In this document: one piece after another, positions 17,616-27,096 of the stretch | How the letters are laid out: the number at the start of each line of letters is the position of its first letter | Numbering within the stretch: the first letter of the stretch is position 1 | Sequence record: MZ443771.1 | Strand: one strand, 5' to 3' | Length of the DNA stretch: 64,000 nt | Program-made: the position numbers and the translations under genes | Notes under the pieces: generated by a model | Database searches by the model: none | The model's input: only the letters and a program-made list of their open reading frames with translations | Told to the model about the DNA's origin: nothing

Positions 17616-19070
17616 ATGAAAAAGATTAAATACACTTTTCGCCTGACTGACCTTGTTCGCATCTCCAAAACTCTGCCTGTAACTATGAAGCATTTCGATG
17701 GTGCAGGAGAAGAAGCCATTGTTGTTGGTCGTCAGAATGAAAAAGACGAGTACGCGTTACACATCAAACATCATGGTTATGTTGCATGGTACCCAGCCGA
17801 GTGCTTGACGCTGATCTCTCACAATAACGGTGAGCTGCTTGATCAGTGGGAAGCAGGTGACTACGGTCGCGATAAGAAGAAGAAACGCAAGATGCCAGAG
17901 GCGCTGCGTAACTTCACTGCTATTCTGCCTGTCACCTGCAACGCTGATTGCTCGTTTTGCCCAGAGAAAGAGATGGAGCAGAAAGCTGCCCAGCAAGAAT
18001 GGCAAGACGGTTTGATTGCTTCGATCAAACGCATGTACAAGAAAACGAAGTTCGACCACGTATCAATCTCTGGTGGCGAACCTACACTGCGCACGAAGTT
18101 CTTGTTTGAGACTATCGACCGCATTCAGAAAGAAACGCCAATCAAGAAAGTAGGCTTGACGTCTAACGGCTTCTTCCTTGAAAAGCAAAACAGCACGTTC
18201 GACTTCTTAGACCGTAACACTACGCCTGAGATGACGAGCAAGCTGTCGCATCTGAATATCAGTATGCACTCGTTCAATCGTGATCTCGCAAACAAGATCA
18301 TGGGCGTGAACTACAAACAGACTCTGGAAGATCTTGTGCGCTTCCGCCGTCAGCTTGGTCGTGAAGTTAGTTTCCACATTAACTTTGTGATCAACGACAA
18401 GACCGGCTCAATCACCGAAGAGTTCAAACGTGCCGCCAACTTCATGCGAGCGAACCCGTTCATCGACATTGTGTTCCGTGTTGACTACAACGATGTTGAA
18501 CTGTCCAAAGCACTGCGCAAATATGCTATGGATTATGCAGAGTGGGAAGAAGAAAGTCGCATCGCCGCTGCTGCTCGTAAGAAATGTAGAATGAAGGAGC
18601 CGAAAGCACCTCACATCGTTCAGAAGTTTGATCGTTTCTTTGGAGGCAGCACTAACGATGAAGCTGAGAGTGCATGGACTACAGGCTGCCCATCATGCTT
18701 CACCCATGCGTCTAACATCGTCAATAACAGTCGCGCATTCTTGAAAGCGTCTTCATACGAACCGAACGACGACGAAGAAGAATACACTGAGCTGGTCTAT
18801 CACATGGACGGCGCTCTGTATTGGGACTGGACTCGTAATGACCCTGTACCAGAACCACGCAGCAAACGTTTCGACTTCGAAATGAAAGAAGAAACTGTCA
18901 CTCAACCAAAAGCTGTTAAGAAACCTAAGAAGGCCAAACCTGTTGCTATGACCAGCAAGCAGAAGAAAGAAGTTGAGCGTGAGTCTGGTGTTGATAGCTG
19001 CAACTATTCATCTCGCTGTGGTTTTGTTGGCGGTAACGGTCGCTGTGGCTTCGGCAGCGGTCTGTGCTAA
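17616..19070 (+). CDS. Radical SAM protein with N-terminal beta-domain and C-terminal Cys/Gly tail
   Basis: CNADCSFC (CxxxCxxC), SISGGEPT, LTSNG, LNISMHS, GCPSC. Confidence 0.88.
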   Translation: MKKIKYTFRLTDLVRISKTLPVTMKHFDGAGEEAIVVGRQNEKDEYALHIKHHGYVAWYPAECLTLISHNNGELLDQWEAGDYGRDKKKKRKMPEALRNFTAILPVTCNADCSFCPEKEMEQKAAQQEWQDGLIASIKRMYKKTKFDHVSISGGEPTLRTKFLFETIDRIQKETPIKKVGLTSNGFFLEKQNSTFDFLDRNTTPEMTSKLSHLNISMHSFNRDLANKIMGVNYKQTLEDLVRFRRQLGREVSFHINFVINDKTGSITEEFKRAANFMRANPFIDIVFRVDYNDVELSKALRKYAMDYAEWEEESRIAAAARKKCRMKEPKAPHIVQKFDRFFGGSTNDEAESAWTTGCPSCFTHASNIVNNSRAFLKASSYEPNDDEEEYTELVYHMDGALYWDWTRNDPVPEPRSKRFDFEMKEETVTQPKAVKKPKKAKPVAMTSKQKKEVERESGVDSCNYSSRCGFVGGNGRCGFGSGLC

Positions 19071-19080
19071 GGACAATCGA

Positions 19081-19440
19081 ATGAAACAACGTACCTTCTA
19101 TTATGACAGCCCGTTCTATTACGGGCTTATCGTGTGGCGCAAGCGTCTGCGCAATGTTGTGCTGATGCTATGCGCAATACTCATCATTCACGGCTGGCAT
19201 GTGCCTGTAGTTGAAAACATGTGGGCATGGACTGGCACTATCTTCGGTATCTTGTTTCTCGTTTGCTACATTAAGATGTGGGAATACGAGCGCATGATTC
19301 TCGAAGCGTGTGGTCCGCTAGATACGCACACTGTTATCGGTGTGTTGAACTTCGAAAGTTTAGAGCGCAAACATGCTGTCTGGTACGAAAAGAAGTTCGG
19401 ACACAAGCCACCTAAAACTAACTCATGGAGTATCGACTAA
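19081..19440 (+). CDS. Small membrane protein
   Basis: Two hydrophobic segments; SD AAGGA. Confidence 0.7.
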   Translation: MKQRTFYYDSPFYYGLIVWRKRLRNVVLMLCAILIIHGWHVPVVENMWAWTGTIFGILFLVCYIKMWEYERMILEACGPLDTHTVIGVLNFESLERKHAVWYEKKFGHKPPKTNSWSID

Positions 19441-19862
19441 TGCCTCGCATGTTTACTGAGACTCATCGCAATAAGTATTTCCGTGATCGTAATCATCCTG
19501 GGTATCACGGTGACGTGTGCGCGCAAATCCATGTTGAGGGTATGGAAACGCTAAAAGACCTGAAATACTATCAGACAGCAATTTCGATGCTGCGCCGTAG
19601 TACACCTAAACGTACCAGTGAATACAGCCACGACATTCTGTATCTGCGTACTCACTTTAAAGAAGCTGCTGCGCGTATGAAGTCGCTACGCATTGCATAT
19701 ACCGAAGAGCATTGTCGCAGACACGGTGAGCGTATGCGCCTCGAAGTGAAAGACGCTGACGGCAATCGTGTTGATTTGTTCGTGACGTATGACGCGGCCA
19801 AATACTGCAAACTGCGTTCTGGTCTTGGCGCAACTATCGAACGTTACGAGGAAAAGAAATGA
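19440..19862 (+). CDS. Hypothetical protein
   Basis: TAATG coupling; SD GGAG. Confidence 0.75.
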   Translation: MPRMFTETHRNKYFRDRNHPGYHGDVCAQIHVEGMETLKDLKYYQTAISMLRRSTPKRTSEYSHDILYLRTHFKEAAARMKSLRIAYTEEHCRRHGERMRLEVKDADGNRVDLFVTYDAAKYCKLRSGLGATIERYEEKK

Positions 19863-20575
19863 TGCCGAAAATATTCACGCTGAAACATTCAGGCGCTGAC
19901 GTTATCATGCCTGTGATCTTGTTCGAATTGAACAAGCAAATGAAAGCTGGTGCAGTAGTCGACCTGGCCGAAGCGTACTCACTGTTGAACGATACGCAGG
20001 CTGTTTACCTGACGTTAGCTAGCTCCGACAATGATGCGTATTACAAACAGCTTGAGCCTACGATTCGTTCGTTGCTTGCTAAGTACGGGCTACAGTGGAT
20101 TCTCATTGAGAACGATCTGTCTCGATACTGTGAACGTTACGCAGAACTCAAAGGCTTCAAACGTGTAGACGGGAACGTATGGTCACACGCTACAGGCGAA
20201 GTTGAGATCGATAACTATGACCGCATCATGCTACGTGCTCTGCTGGAAGAATGCAGCGCTGCACGGTTTCTCGAAAGTGTCGATGAACTTGTCGAAGAAC
20301 AGACGGCAGTAGATGAGATTGACCACAAACTCGATCTCATTGAAGACGGCAAGTGTTCCGAATGCGGCGCAGAGCGTGACCCTGATGTAGACGATGAATA
20401 TATGTGTCTGTCGTGTCGCTTAGCCGCAGAGGATGAAGAACGTGCGGAAGAAACATACGACTATCATCTGGTTGACCCTCGAATGCGCGTTCGTTTCAAA
20501 ACAAACGATTTTGAAGCTGCTGAAAAGTATGCTGAGTCGCATCGAGAGTGTAAAGTGTTGTACGTAGGGGAATAA
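19859..20575 (+). CDS. Hypothetical protein with zinc ribbon
   Basis: CSEC-x13-CLSC. Confidence 0.75.
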   Translation: MMPKIFTLKHSGADVIMPVILFELNKQMKAGAVVDLAEAYSLLNDTQAVYLTLASSDNDAYYKQLEPTIRSLLAKYGLQWILIENDLSRYCERYAELKGFKRVDGNVWSHATGEVEIDNYDRIMLRALLEECSAARFLESVDELVEEQTAVDEIDHKLDLIEDGKCSECGAERDPDVDDEYMCLSCRLAAEDEERAEETYDYHLVDPRMRVRFKTNDFEAAEKYAESHRECKVLYVGE

Positions 20576-20579
20576 CAAA

Positions 20580-20843
20580 ATGGCTGTAGGCTTTGTCAAA
20601 GATGATGGCGTCAACGATACCATCGAAACAAACGTGCTGAATGAGATCGACCGCGCTCGTTCAGAACTTCAAGGCGCAGGTTCTGATTACTGCGTCAACC
20701 CTGATTGCGGTGAGAAGATTCCTGTGATGCGTAAACTCGCTATGCCCAATGCGCGTTACTGCATCAACTGTCAGGCAGCGCACGACGGCACTGCTAACGT
20801 CGGCTATAATCGCCGTGGCTCAAAAGATTCTCAACTGAGGTAG
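20580..20843 (+). CDS. ybiI: DksA/TraR-family C4 zinc finger protein, YbiI-like
   Basis: C..PDCGEKIP..R..AMP.ARYCINCQ and terminal GYNRRGSKDSQLR as in enterobacterial YbiI. Confidence 0.9.
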   Translation: MAVGFVKDDGVNDTIETNVLNEIDRARSELQGAGSDYCVNPDCGEKIPVMRKLAMPNARYCINCQAAHDGTANVGYNRRGSKDSQLR

Positions 20844-20848
20844 TTATT

Positions 20849-21277
20849 ATGGAAGCTAAAATAACGCAGACTGGTACTGAGTGGCACGTTAAAGCGACTC
20901 AAAACGATCAGCCAAGTAATACGTTCACCGCTGTCTATCACTCCGAAGAAGAGTACGAGAAGTGGATGAACCTGCACAAGAAAGACTTCACTGTAGAAGT
21001 GAACGTCGTTCAGGTGCTGACCATTGAAGTGAAGAAAGGCACCTACCCTGATGTTCAGCCTGTAGTTGACCCGAACGTGACGTACTCGCTCGAAGCGTTT
21101 GTCAAAACTGCCAACGACTGGGTAGTTATTCGTAGCGGCATCACAACACCAGAAGAAGTTATCCAGCTGGTTGATCGTCTTGATATCAGACAGCGCAAGC
21201 CGGAAGACGTGACTCATTTCCGTGTCGTGCGTGTCGTGCGTAGTGAAGTAGAACAACTGTGGGGAGAGATGTGGTGA
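20849..21277 (+). CDS. Hypothetical protein
   Basis: SD GAGG. Confidence 0.75.
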   Translation: MEAKITQTGTEWHVKATQNDQPSNTFTAVYHSEEEYEKWMNLHKKDFTVEVNVVQVLTIEVKKGTYPDVQPVVDPNVTYSLEAFVKTANDWVVIRSGITTPEEVIQLVDRLDIRQRKPEDVTHFRVVRVVRSEVEQLWGEMW

Positions 21278-21408
21278 GTGACAAAGAGCCATACTCACGT
21301 TGCGAAGACTGCCGTACACCTCTAGCAGAAGATGAAGTGTACGGCGAGTACGACGATCTGTGTGAGAACTGCTGTGCTGATCGCGAAGATGATGGAGAGC
21401 CAACATAA
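21274..21408 (+). CDS. 44-aa zinc-ribbon microprotein (not in supplied ORF track)
   Basis: GTG start overlapping upstream stop, SD GGGAG; MSDKEPYSRCEDCRTPLAEDEVYGEYDDLCENCCADREDDGEPT; TAATG coupling to next gene. Confidence 0.65.
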   Translation: MSDKEPYSRCEDCRTPLAEDEVYGEYDDLCENCCADREDDGEPT

Positions 21409-21725
21409 TGTTGCGTAAACTTTGGGTAGCTATAGGCTTCAAATTTCCTACGGTTGCTGACGCTATGCGTAAACGACAGGCATGTACACGCGTTGGCTAT
21501 AAGAGCTACTGCGTTATGAACCGTGCTGGATTCGCAGAGGCATTCACGCATCACCTGCATGAATACCGAGATTCTAGCCCATCGTTGGCCGTGCTTAATA
21601 AACACAAACACGAAGACGTGGCAGCAAAAGCGCAGCGTATGGATTATCCGTGTGTTGTCGTCTTTGCTGATGACGGCTTCTCTGCAATTGCAATTGATCC
21701 ACCTACTATGGAGCGCCATGTATGA
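21408..21725 (+). CDS. Hypothetical protein
   Basis: Coupled start and stop. Confidence 0.7.
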   Translation: MLRKLWVAIGFKFPTVADAMRKRQACTRVGYKSYCVMNRAGFAEAFTHHLHEYRDSSPSLAVLNKHKHEDVAAKAQRMDYPCVVVFADDGFSAIAIDPPTMERHV

Positions 21726-22075
21726 AACTGACAAAGCTGCCGCGTTACTTGTGGCTTACAGGCAAACAGGTGACGTACTTCTTCAAGCTGCTTAAAGCGA
21801 ATCGTGAACTCGCTGCTATGGAGCATGAAGCCGAAGTGCTCAAAGCTCTGCACGATCTCACTGAGCGCGATATGCAGAACGGAACTATTGTCTGCATCAA
21901 GGTGCTTTCGTTCTTTCAGGAGTTGAAGCGCCCTCGTGGTGTGAAGTTCAATCTCCCCTACCTGTGGCCGAAGCGTGACCTGATTCGCTTGCTCAACAAG
22001 AACGGTGTTGCAGTAGGCCCAGTGCCGAACTACTTCGCAGCTTTCCATCAACTCGTAGACAAAGGGTTTAAGTGA
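21722..22075 (+). CDS. Hypothetical protein
   Basis: ATGA overlap. Confidence 0.7.
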   Translation: MKLTKLPRYLWLTGKQVTYFFKLLKANRELAAMEHEAEVLKALHDLTERDMQNGTIVCIKVLSFFQELKRPRGVKFNLPYLWPKRDLIRLLNKNGVAVGPVPNYFAAFHQLVDKGFK

Positions 22076-22794
22076 TGAACCACCTAGAACATTTAGATGC
22101 AATCAAACAAATCACTGTTGACCAGATTCAAGCGTTCTCAGGTATCGCAGAAGTAATGCACGAACGGGGTCGCATTCAGCCTGAAATCTTTACCGAAGTG
22201 TGGCAGCGCACCGTATGCGAACAGCTTGGTCTGAACTACGATCACTGGCGCTACTACAACGAACTGGCTAACTTCATGACTCTGGGCATGGTGCCATACA
22301 TGCCTGTGCTGCAAATTGCTGTGACTGCTTTTGTCGGCGCTGACGTGCGCGAGACACTGCAACGCTTCTCGCATCTCGATAAAGAAACTGTGGTATCTGC
22401 CTATGAAGTTGGTAACGAGTGGGTGCTGGACAATCATCGCATGATTTGCACATGTCGCGCTATCGACTCCTTAGTTAGTTTGTACTCGACGCACAAGTTG
22501 GAGATTGACGAACAGGAAGAGAATCGTTGTGTAGCCTACCCGGGAATGCCGAACATGCCGCACCAGTTTGTTGAAATGTACAAGCTGATTGACGAGGCTC
22601 GTCTGATTGTTAGTGGTCGTTGGCGTACACCTCTGCGTTATTTCCATTCGAGAGAGCGTGACTACATCTGGAACTATCCGCCAACAATGTCAACTAAAGG
22701 TAACGTCATCATTCAGACAGACGCAGGTACTATCTATCTGAATGGCGCGCCTAAGCGCGGTGATACTAACGCAAACCATTTACGCTCAGTGTAA
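22072..22794 (+). CDS. Hypothetical protein
   Basis: Overlapping start in operon. Confidence 0.75.
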   Translation: MMNHLEHLDAIKQITVDQIQAFSGIAEVMHERGRIQPEIFTEVWQRTVCEQLGLNYDHWRYYNELANFMTLGMVPYMPVLQIAVTAFVGADVRETLQRFSHLDKETVVSAYEVGNEWVLDNHRMICTCRAIDSLVSLYSTHKLEIDEQEENRCVAYPGMPNMPHQFVEMYKLIDEARLIVSGRWRTPLRYFHSRERDYIWNYPPTMSTKGNVIIQTDAGTIYLNGAPKRGDTNANHLRSV

Positions 22795-22803
22795 GGGGCA
22801 ATC

Positions 22804-23466
22804 ATGAACATCATTCAATTCCTCATGGATGAGGACGAAGTACAGGACGCATTCGTTGCGTATCGCACTGACCCTACCGATGAAAACAAACGTCGTGTGA
22901 TCGAAACGCTTTTGCGTGAACAAGCGTCAGCAACTAACGTAACAGAGAAAGCTACGGTGCTGGGTAAGCCTCCACATCGTTTTGTGCTTATTCCACAAAC
23001 AGACGCTATCACTCGTGAGCGAGTAGAAACCAGTGAAGGTCAGATTAGCTGGGACAGGCCCGTTGATCGTAGACTACTCGATCTGGCGAAGTGTGCTACC
23101 CGTGTCAGTAATCACGTACACGAACTTGGTGGCTCTGCTGTGTTTGTGCGATTCACTGCCGAAGAGTGGCACGAGACTTTCCTGACTCAGGGCCTTCCGA
23201 TGTATCTTGCGGCGATGCAAGAAGCCTTGCAGGAAACAGAGAGTCTCGAAGCTATCGCAGTCTCTATGGAGAAACTAATTCGCGTTGTCGGTAACATGAC
23301 CGAACTTGCATATTCAAAACGACTGATAGGTCAGATGTATGCCGTTGCCGAAAACAGACACGACGACACTGTTAGCCCTGCGCTTGTCGCCATGGTAGAT
23401 CTGGGGAGAACGAAGAACATCCCTGCTATCTGTAAAGAGACAGAAGACGAGAACGAGGAAGAATAA
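22804..23466 (+). CDS. Hypothetical protein
   Basis: SD AAGGGG. Confidence 0.75.
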   Translation: MNIIQFLMDEDEVQDAFVAYRTDPTDENKRRVIETLLREQASATNVTEKATVLGKPPHRFVLIPQTDAITRERVETSEGQISWDRPVDRRLLDLAKCATRVSNHVHELGGSAVFVRFTAEEWHETFLTQGLPMYLAAMQEALQETESLEAIAVSMEKLIRVVGNMTELAYSKRLIGQMYAVAENRHDDTVSPALVAMVDLGRTKNIPAICKETEDENEEE

Positions 23467-23838
23467 ATGATCAAACAAATCCCAAGACAACTTTCGACCA
23501 AAGATCGTAGTCTGTCTATCGACGGCTTTGCTTCTACAGTCAATCTGGAAAACTATACTGCTGTCGTTCGCGGTCCGTGGAAGTTATTGCGCGGCACTAA
23601 CACCAGTGGTAACTTCACTATCGTGCTGGTGGGCCCTCATGCCGTCCCCTCGAATTTGGTAGGCATTCAAATCTTAATGGCTGCTGGCTTCTCTGATGTT
23701 GACGCGATGCTGGCACTCGGCGTTTCACGTAATGAATATCGTGCATGGACAAAAACGCAGCGCACTCGCAAACGCGAAGCAGCCGCACAACCACGCATGG
23801 GCAACACAACTTCACTCGACGATCTCCAGAGGAAATAA
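23467..23838 (+). CDS. Hypothetical protein
   Basis: Abuts upstream stop. Confidence 0.7.
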   Translation: MIKQIPRQLSTKDRSLSIDGFASTVNLENYTAVVRGPWKLLRGTNTSGNFTIVLVGPHAVPSNLVGIQILMAAGFSDVDAMLALGVSRNEYRAWTKTQRTRKREAAAQPRMGNTTSLDDLQRK

Positions 23839-23839
23839 G

Positions 23840-24622
23840 ATGAAACAGTTATTCGTAGGCAGTCACCCAAATACAGTTCGCTTCTCTGATCTCGATGCGC
23901 GTGATCGCGTGTGTGAGATTCGTGTACTGATCGCAAATGCGTATACTATCCTGCGCGATGCTATCGGTGAGAAAGCCAAAGACGAAGCGAACGTCTTCCA
24001 CGGCCCGTGGCTTGTGTTTCGTAACCTGATGAACGAGCACCCAGCATCCTGTCTTGAAGAGTTTCGTCACGCTTCAATCTACTTCGATGCAGATACCGAA
24101 AACATGGTGACTGAGATCGCTGACCTGATCGAACAGCACAACGAGCTGGTTCGTCAGGACTACGAACGAAAAGGCATTCACAGGCATCAGGCAGATGCAA
24201 TGATCAGTATTGACGATACTATCAAAAATACTGCGCGTGAAGTAACGATGCGTGTCGGCGCAGGTAAGACGCGCAGTGTTGTAGGTGAGATTGAGAGTAA
24301 CAATCCACATCTGATGTTGGCAGATAATGTTCGAGCGTATACGCAGTTTGCAGCCAAGACCACATCGGTATTTGCGTTCTGCTCGCGTTTGACCAAGAAA
24401 TTGGGATCTGATTGTTATGATCGCTACGACGACATGACCCAGGAAGAAATGATCGACTGCGTACACGGTCTCATTCTCGCTTCATCTAAAAGTGTAGATC
24501 AAATTCAGCGCCATGTACGTCAGTGCATCGAAGCCTTATCCATGCCTAAGTGTAAGGCTGATGGTGACTTCGACTTCAAAGTAGGTGGCTGTGACAATGG
24601 CACATTTGACTTCCGTATGTAA
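23840..24622 (+). CDS. Hypothetical protein
   Basis: SD GAGG before ATG 23840. Confidence 0.75.
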   Translation: MKQLFVGSHPNTVRFSDLDARDRVCEIRVLIANAYTILRDAIGEKAKDEANVFHGPWLVFRNLMNEHPASCLEEFRHASIYFDADTENMVTEIADLIEQHNELVRQDYERKGIHRHQADAMISIDDTIKNTAREVTMRVGAGKTRSVVGEIESNNPHLMLADNVRAYTQFAAKTTSVFAFCSRLTKKLGSDCYDRYDDMTQEEMIDCVHGLILASSKSVDQIQRHVRQCIEALSMPKCKADGDFDFKVGGCDNGTFDFRM

Positions 24623-24800
24623 ACGTTACTGGCGCGAAGCAATGGTGCTGGCAGTGCTTGTCATCATTGCTTTCGCTTTACCTTATTTCGAAGTACGCAA
24701 CCCAATGCTGACTATGCTGGTGGCTGTCATCGTTGCTGTGTACTTCTTTGCTACGTGGGCATGCAAGCCTCGTCACGGAGATAACAGTGAAAAAGAATGA
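24597..24800 (+). CDS. Small membrane protein
   Basis: Two hydrophobic helices. Confidence 0.6.
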   Translation: MAHLTSVCKRYWREAMVLAVLVIIAFALPYFEVRNPMLTMLVAVIVAVYFFATWACKPRHGDNSEKE

Positions 24801-25338
24801 GATCGTGTTGAGCAAGGAAGAAATTGCTGAGGGTGTTGAGAAGATCAATCACGCGCTGTTGCTTATTGGTCTTCGCTGCAACGAAGGTGATGTCGGTTAC
24901 GAGACTGTGTACACTGACGACCACGGTGAAACACAGGGAGGCTGGTACGCCGAGTTCGATACTAAGTCCCGGGAGAAACTGCGTAACTCTAAGCAAGTGT
25001 CGTGGCGTAACGTTGGTATGATTAGCGGTGATACGCTTGACAGCATTCTCAAAACAATAACGAACTTGAAGTTCCGCAACTGTGTGAAAGAACCAACGCC
25101 GCTGCAAGTTCGTCGCGCAGAGCACAAGCAGAACAAAGTCGAATCGACCAAGCGAGCGCTTGAGATCTTCAACTCTGCCCAGCCTCTGTCTGATGGTGAT
25201 CTGCACATCTGCATTGAGCACTTCCGCACTCTGGAAGAAATGATCAAAGCAGACCCGATGTTGAAACTGGCGCTGCCGTATGTTGTAAACAACCTGTATC
25301 AACTCGAAAACTATCTTCGCGCACGTAAAAGCAAGTAA
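24787..25338 (+). CDS. Hypothetical protein
   Basis: SD GGAG then GTG; terminator-like hairpin 25345-25370 follows. Confidence 0.75.
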   Translation: MKKNEIVLSKEEIAEGVEKINHALLLIGLRCNEGDVGYETVYTDDHGETQGGWYAEFDTKSREKLRNSKQVSWRNVGMISGDTLDSILKTITNLKFRNCVKEPTPLQVRRAEHKQNKVESTKRALEIFNSAQPLSDGDLHICIEHFRTLEEMIKADPMLKLALPYVVNNLYQLENYLRARKSK

Positions 25339-25396
25339 CAATCGTGGGAGACTCTTAACGGGGTTTCCCATTAGTCATTTCTGGAGCAAAATTCGC

Positions 25397-26377
25397 ATGA
25401 GACTTGGATTCGCCTGTAAGCTGATTGACGCACAAGGCAAGCAACCGTACCCAAACAAAAGCATTAGCTACACGCACTTTGCAAAACTCGATCTCGACCA
25501 GCGTCGTCAAAAGCTACTCGACATTGTGACCGTCAACCTGACGTCACTGTACGATATGATCGCACACGTTGCGATGTTACGCCGAGACATGCGCATGTTT
25601 CGTATCACCAGCGAATTGCTCCCGCTGTTCACGCACCCACAAGTTGCGCACTTATACCAAGAGCGTGAACTTGCCGCGCACATCGAACACTGGTTGTGGA
25701 AGTGCGGTACGTTAGCTCAGTCATCTGGCGTTAGACTTTCGTTTCACCCAGGTCAGTTTACCGTGCTCGCATCTGATCGACCTGACGTTGTGCTCAATTC
25801 AATCCACGAACTTGAGTACCATGCGTACTGCGCCTATCACATGGGGTACGGTCGACGCTTTCAAGACTTCAAGATCAACATTCACCTGTCTGGTCGTCTT
25901 GGTGCTAAAGGCTTTCGTGCTGCACACTCAAAACTTTCTGATCACTGCCGAAAGATGTTGACCGTTGAGAACGACGAGATCACGTCCAGCATTGAGGACT
26001 GTCTTGAGCTTGCGGACATTTGCCCGATTGTGCTCGATATTCATCATCACTGGGTAATGACTAACGAGTACATACAGCCGACCGATGATCGTGTGCAACG
26101 TGTCATTGAGTCGTGGCGAGGCATTACACCGACAGCGCATTACTCTGTGTCTAAGCCTGAGTTCGTGCCGTCGCGTGGTCTGCCAGATCAAAACAAGCTG
26201 ACTGCTAATCGAATGCAGCTACGCGCACACTCTGACTACTACCACAACGATGACGTAAACGAGTGGGCCCTCAGCTTCACTGATTTTGACTTAATGTGCG
26301 AGTCGAAAGCGAAGAATCTCGCTCGTGCAAAATTGGCGTGTTTTACAGCGAACTCTGCAAATAACTGGACAAAATAA
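25397..26377 (+). CDS. uvsE: UV damage endonuclease (UvsE/UVDE)
   Basis: RLGFAC, FRITSELLP, RLSFHPGQF, INIH, LTVENDE, VLDIHHH, AHSDY, MCESKAK. Confidence 0.93.
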   Translation: MRLGFACKLIDAQGKQPYPNKSISYTHFAKLDLDQRRQKLLDIVTVNLTSLYDMIAHVAMLRRDMRMFRITSELLPLFTHPQVAHLYQERELAAHIEHWLWKCGTLAQSSGVRLSFHPGQFTVLASDRPDVVLNSIHELEYHAYCAYHMGYGRRFQDFKINIHLSGRLGAKGFRAAHSKLSDHCRKMLTVENDEITSSIEDCLELADICPIVLDIHHHWVMTNEYIQPTDDRVQRVIESWRGITPTAHYSVSKPEFVPSRGLPDQNKLTANRMQLRAHSDYYHNDDVNEWALSFTDFDLMCESKAKNLARAKLACFTANSANNWTK

Positions 26378-26410
26378 GGCTTGTTTCTGATGGTTGCCCT
26401 ATGATACACT
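26354..26410 (+). promoter_or_regulatory. Repeated phage promoter
   Basis: TCTGCAAATAACTGGACAAAAT-29nt-TACACT with extended TG. Confidence 0.75.
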
Positions 26411-26457
26411 GTTTATGAGCACTTTTGCTCGTTATAACTAGACAGAGGAAATAGACA

Positions 26458-26760
26458 ATGTTCAATACAACAACCATCGTGAAGAAAGCAAGCGCTGTCC
26501 AGAACGTCAACCACTCTTTTGGCATTACCGGTATCACACCGACTAACCGCATCTCCTGCGTTTGGCCTGGCGCTCTGGAAGTACCTGCGAATATCAAACG
26601 TTGGTGTCGTGTAAACGAAATCACCAATGACCTTGATGCTTACATGCGTGTTCGCTTCAAGGGTCGTCGTGCAGACATTCTGAATTTGGTTGCTAAACAT
26701 TTAGCGCCGAACAATCCTGAACTGGCTGTGCGTATTCTCGCTACTATCACTGAGGCCTAA
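26458..26760 (+). CDS. Hypothetical protein
   Basis: SD GAGG. Confidence 0.75.
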   Translation: MFNTTTIVKKASAVQNVNHSFGITGITPTNRISCVWPGALEVPANIKRWCRVNEITNDLDAYMRVRFKGRRADILNLVAKHLAPNNPELAVRILATITEA

Positions 26761-26761
26761 A

Positions 26762-27025
26762 ATGAAAGTCCAAGCAATGGAAGCTATTTACGGTGCTACG
26801 AACACCAACACTTCTCTCGTAGAGAAGCGGGGCTTCCGTACTGTCGAATCGAAATACGTCGATGGAACGGAGGTTAGATTACAACGTCTATCACACGATA
26901 TACATGAACGTGTGGTTGTGGGTTACGACCGTTTTGGTCGAGCTGTGTATGGAACACAAGTACCACAATCCACGTTCGAAGTGCGTGACAGCAAGGAAAG
27001 CGAACCGAATAACACGGCGCCCTAG
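26762..27025 (+). CDS. Hypothetical protein
   Basis: SD GAGG. Confidence 0.7.
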   Translation: MKVQAMEAIYGATNTNTSLVEKRGFRTVESKYVDGTEVRLQRLSHDIHERVVVGYDRFGRAVYGTQVPQSTFEVRDSKESEPNNTAP

Positions 27026-27096
27026 CAAGCTCACAACCAGAAGCCATAGAATAACCAACAATAAATTCATGCGCTGACCTATCGTGGGGTGTCAAA

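Noticed and set aside
17616-19070. Viperin-like or QueE/NrdG assignment for the radical SAM
   Set aside because: Lacks viperin CNYxCxFC context and QueE/NrdG N-terminal signatures as I recall them; length and extra domains differ
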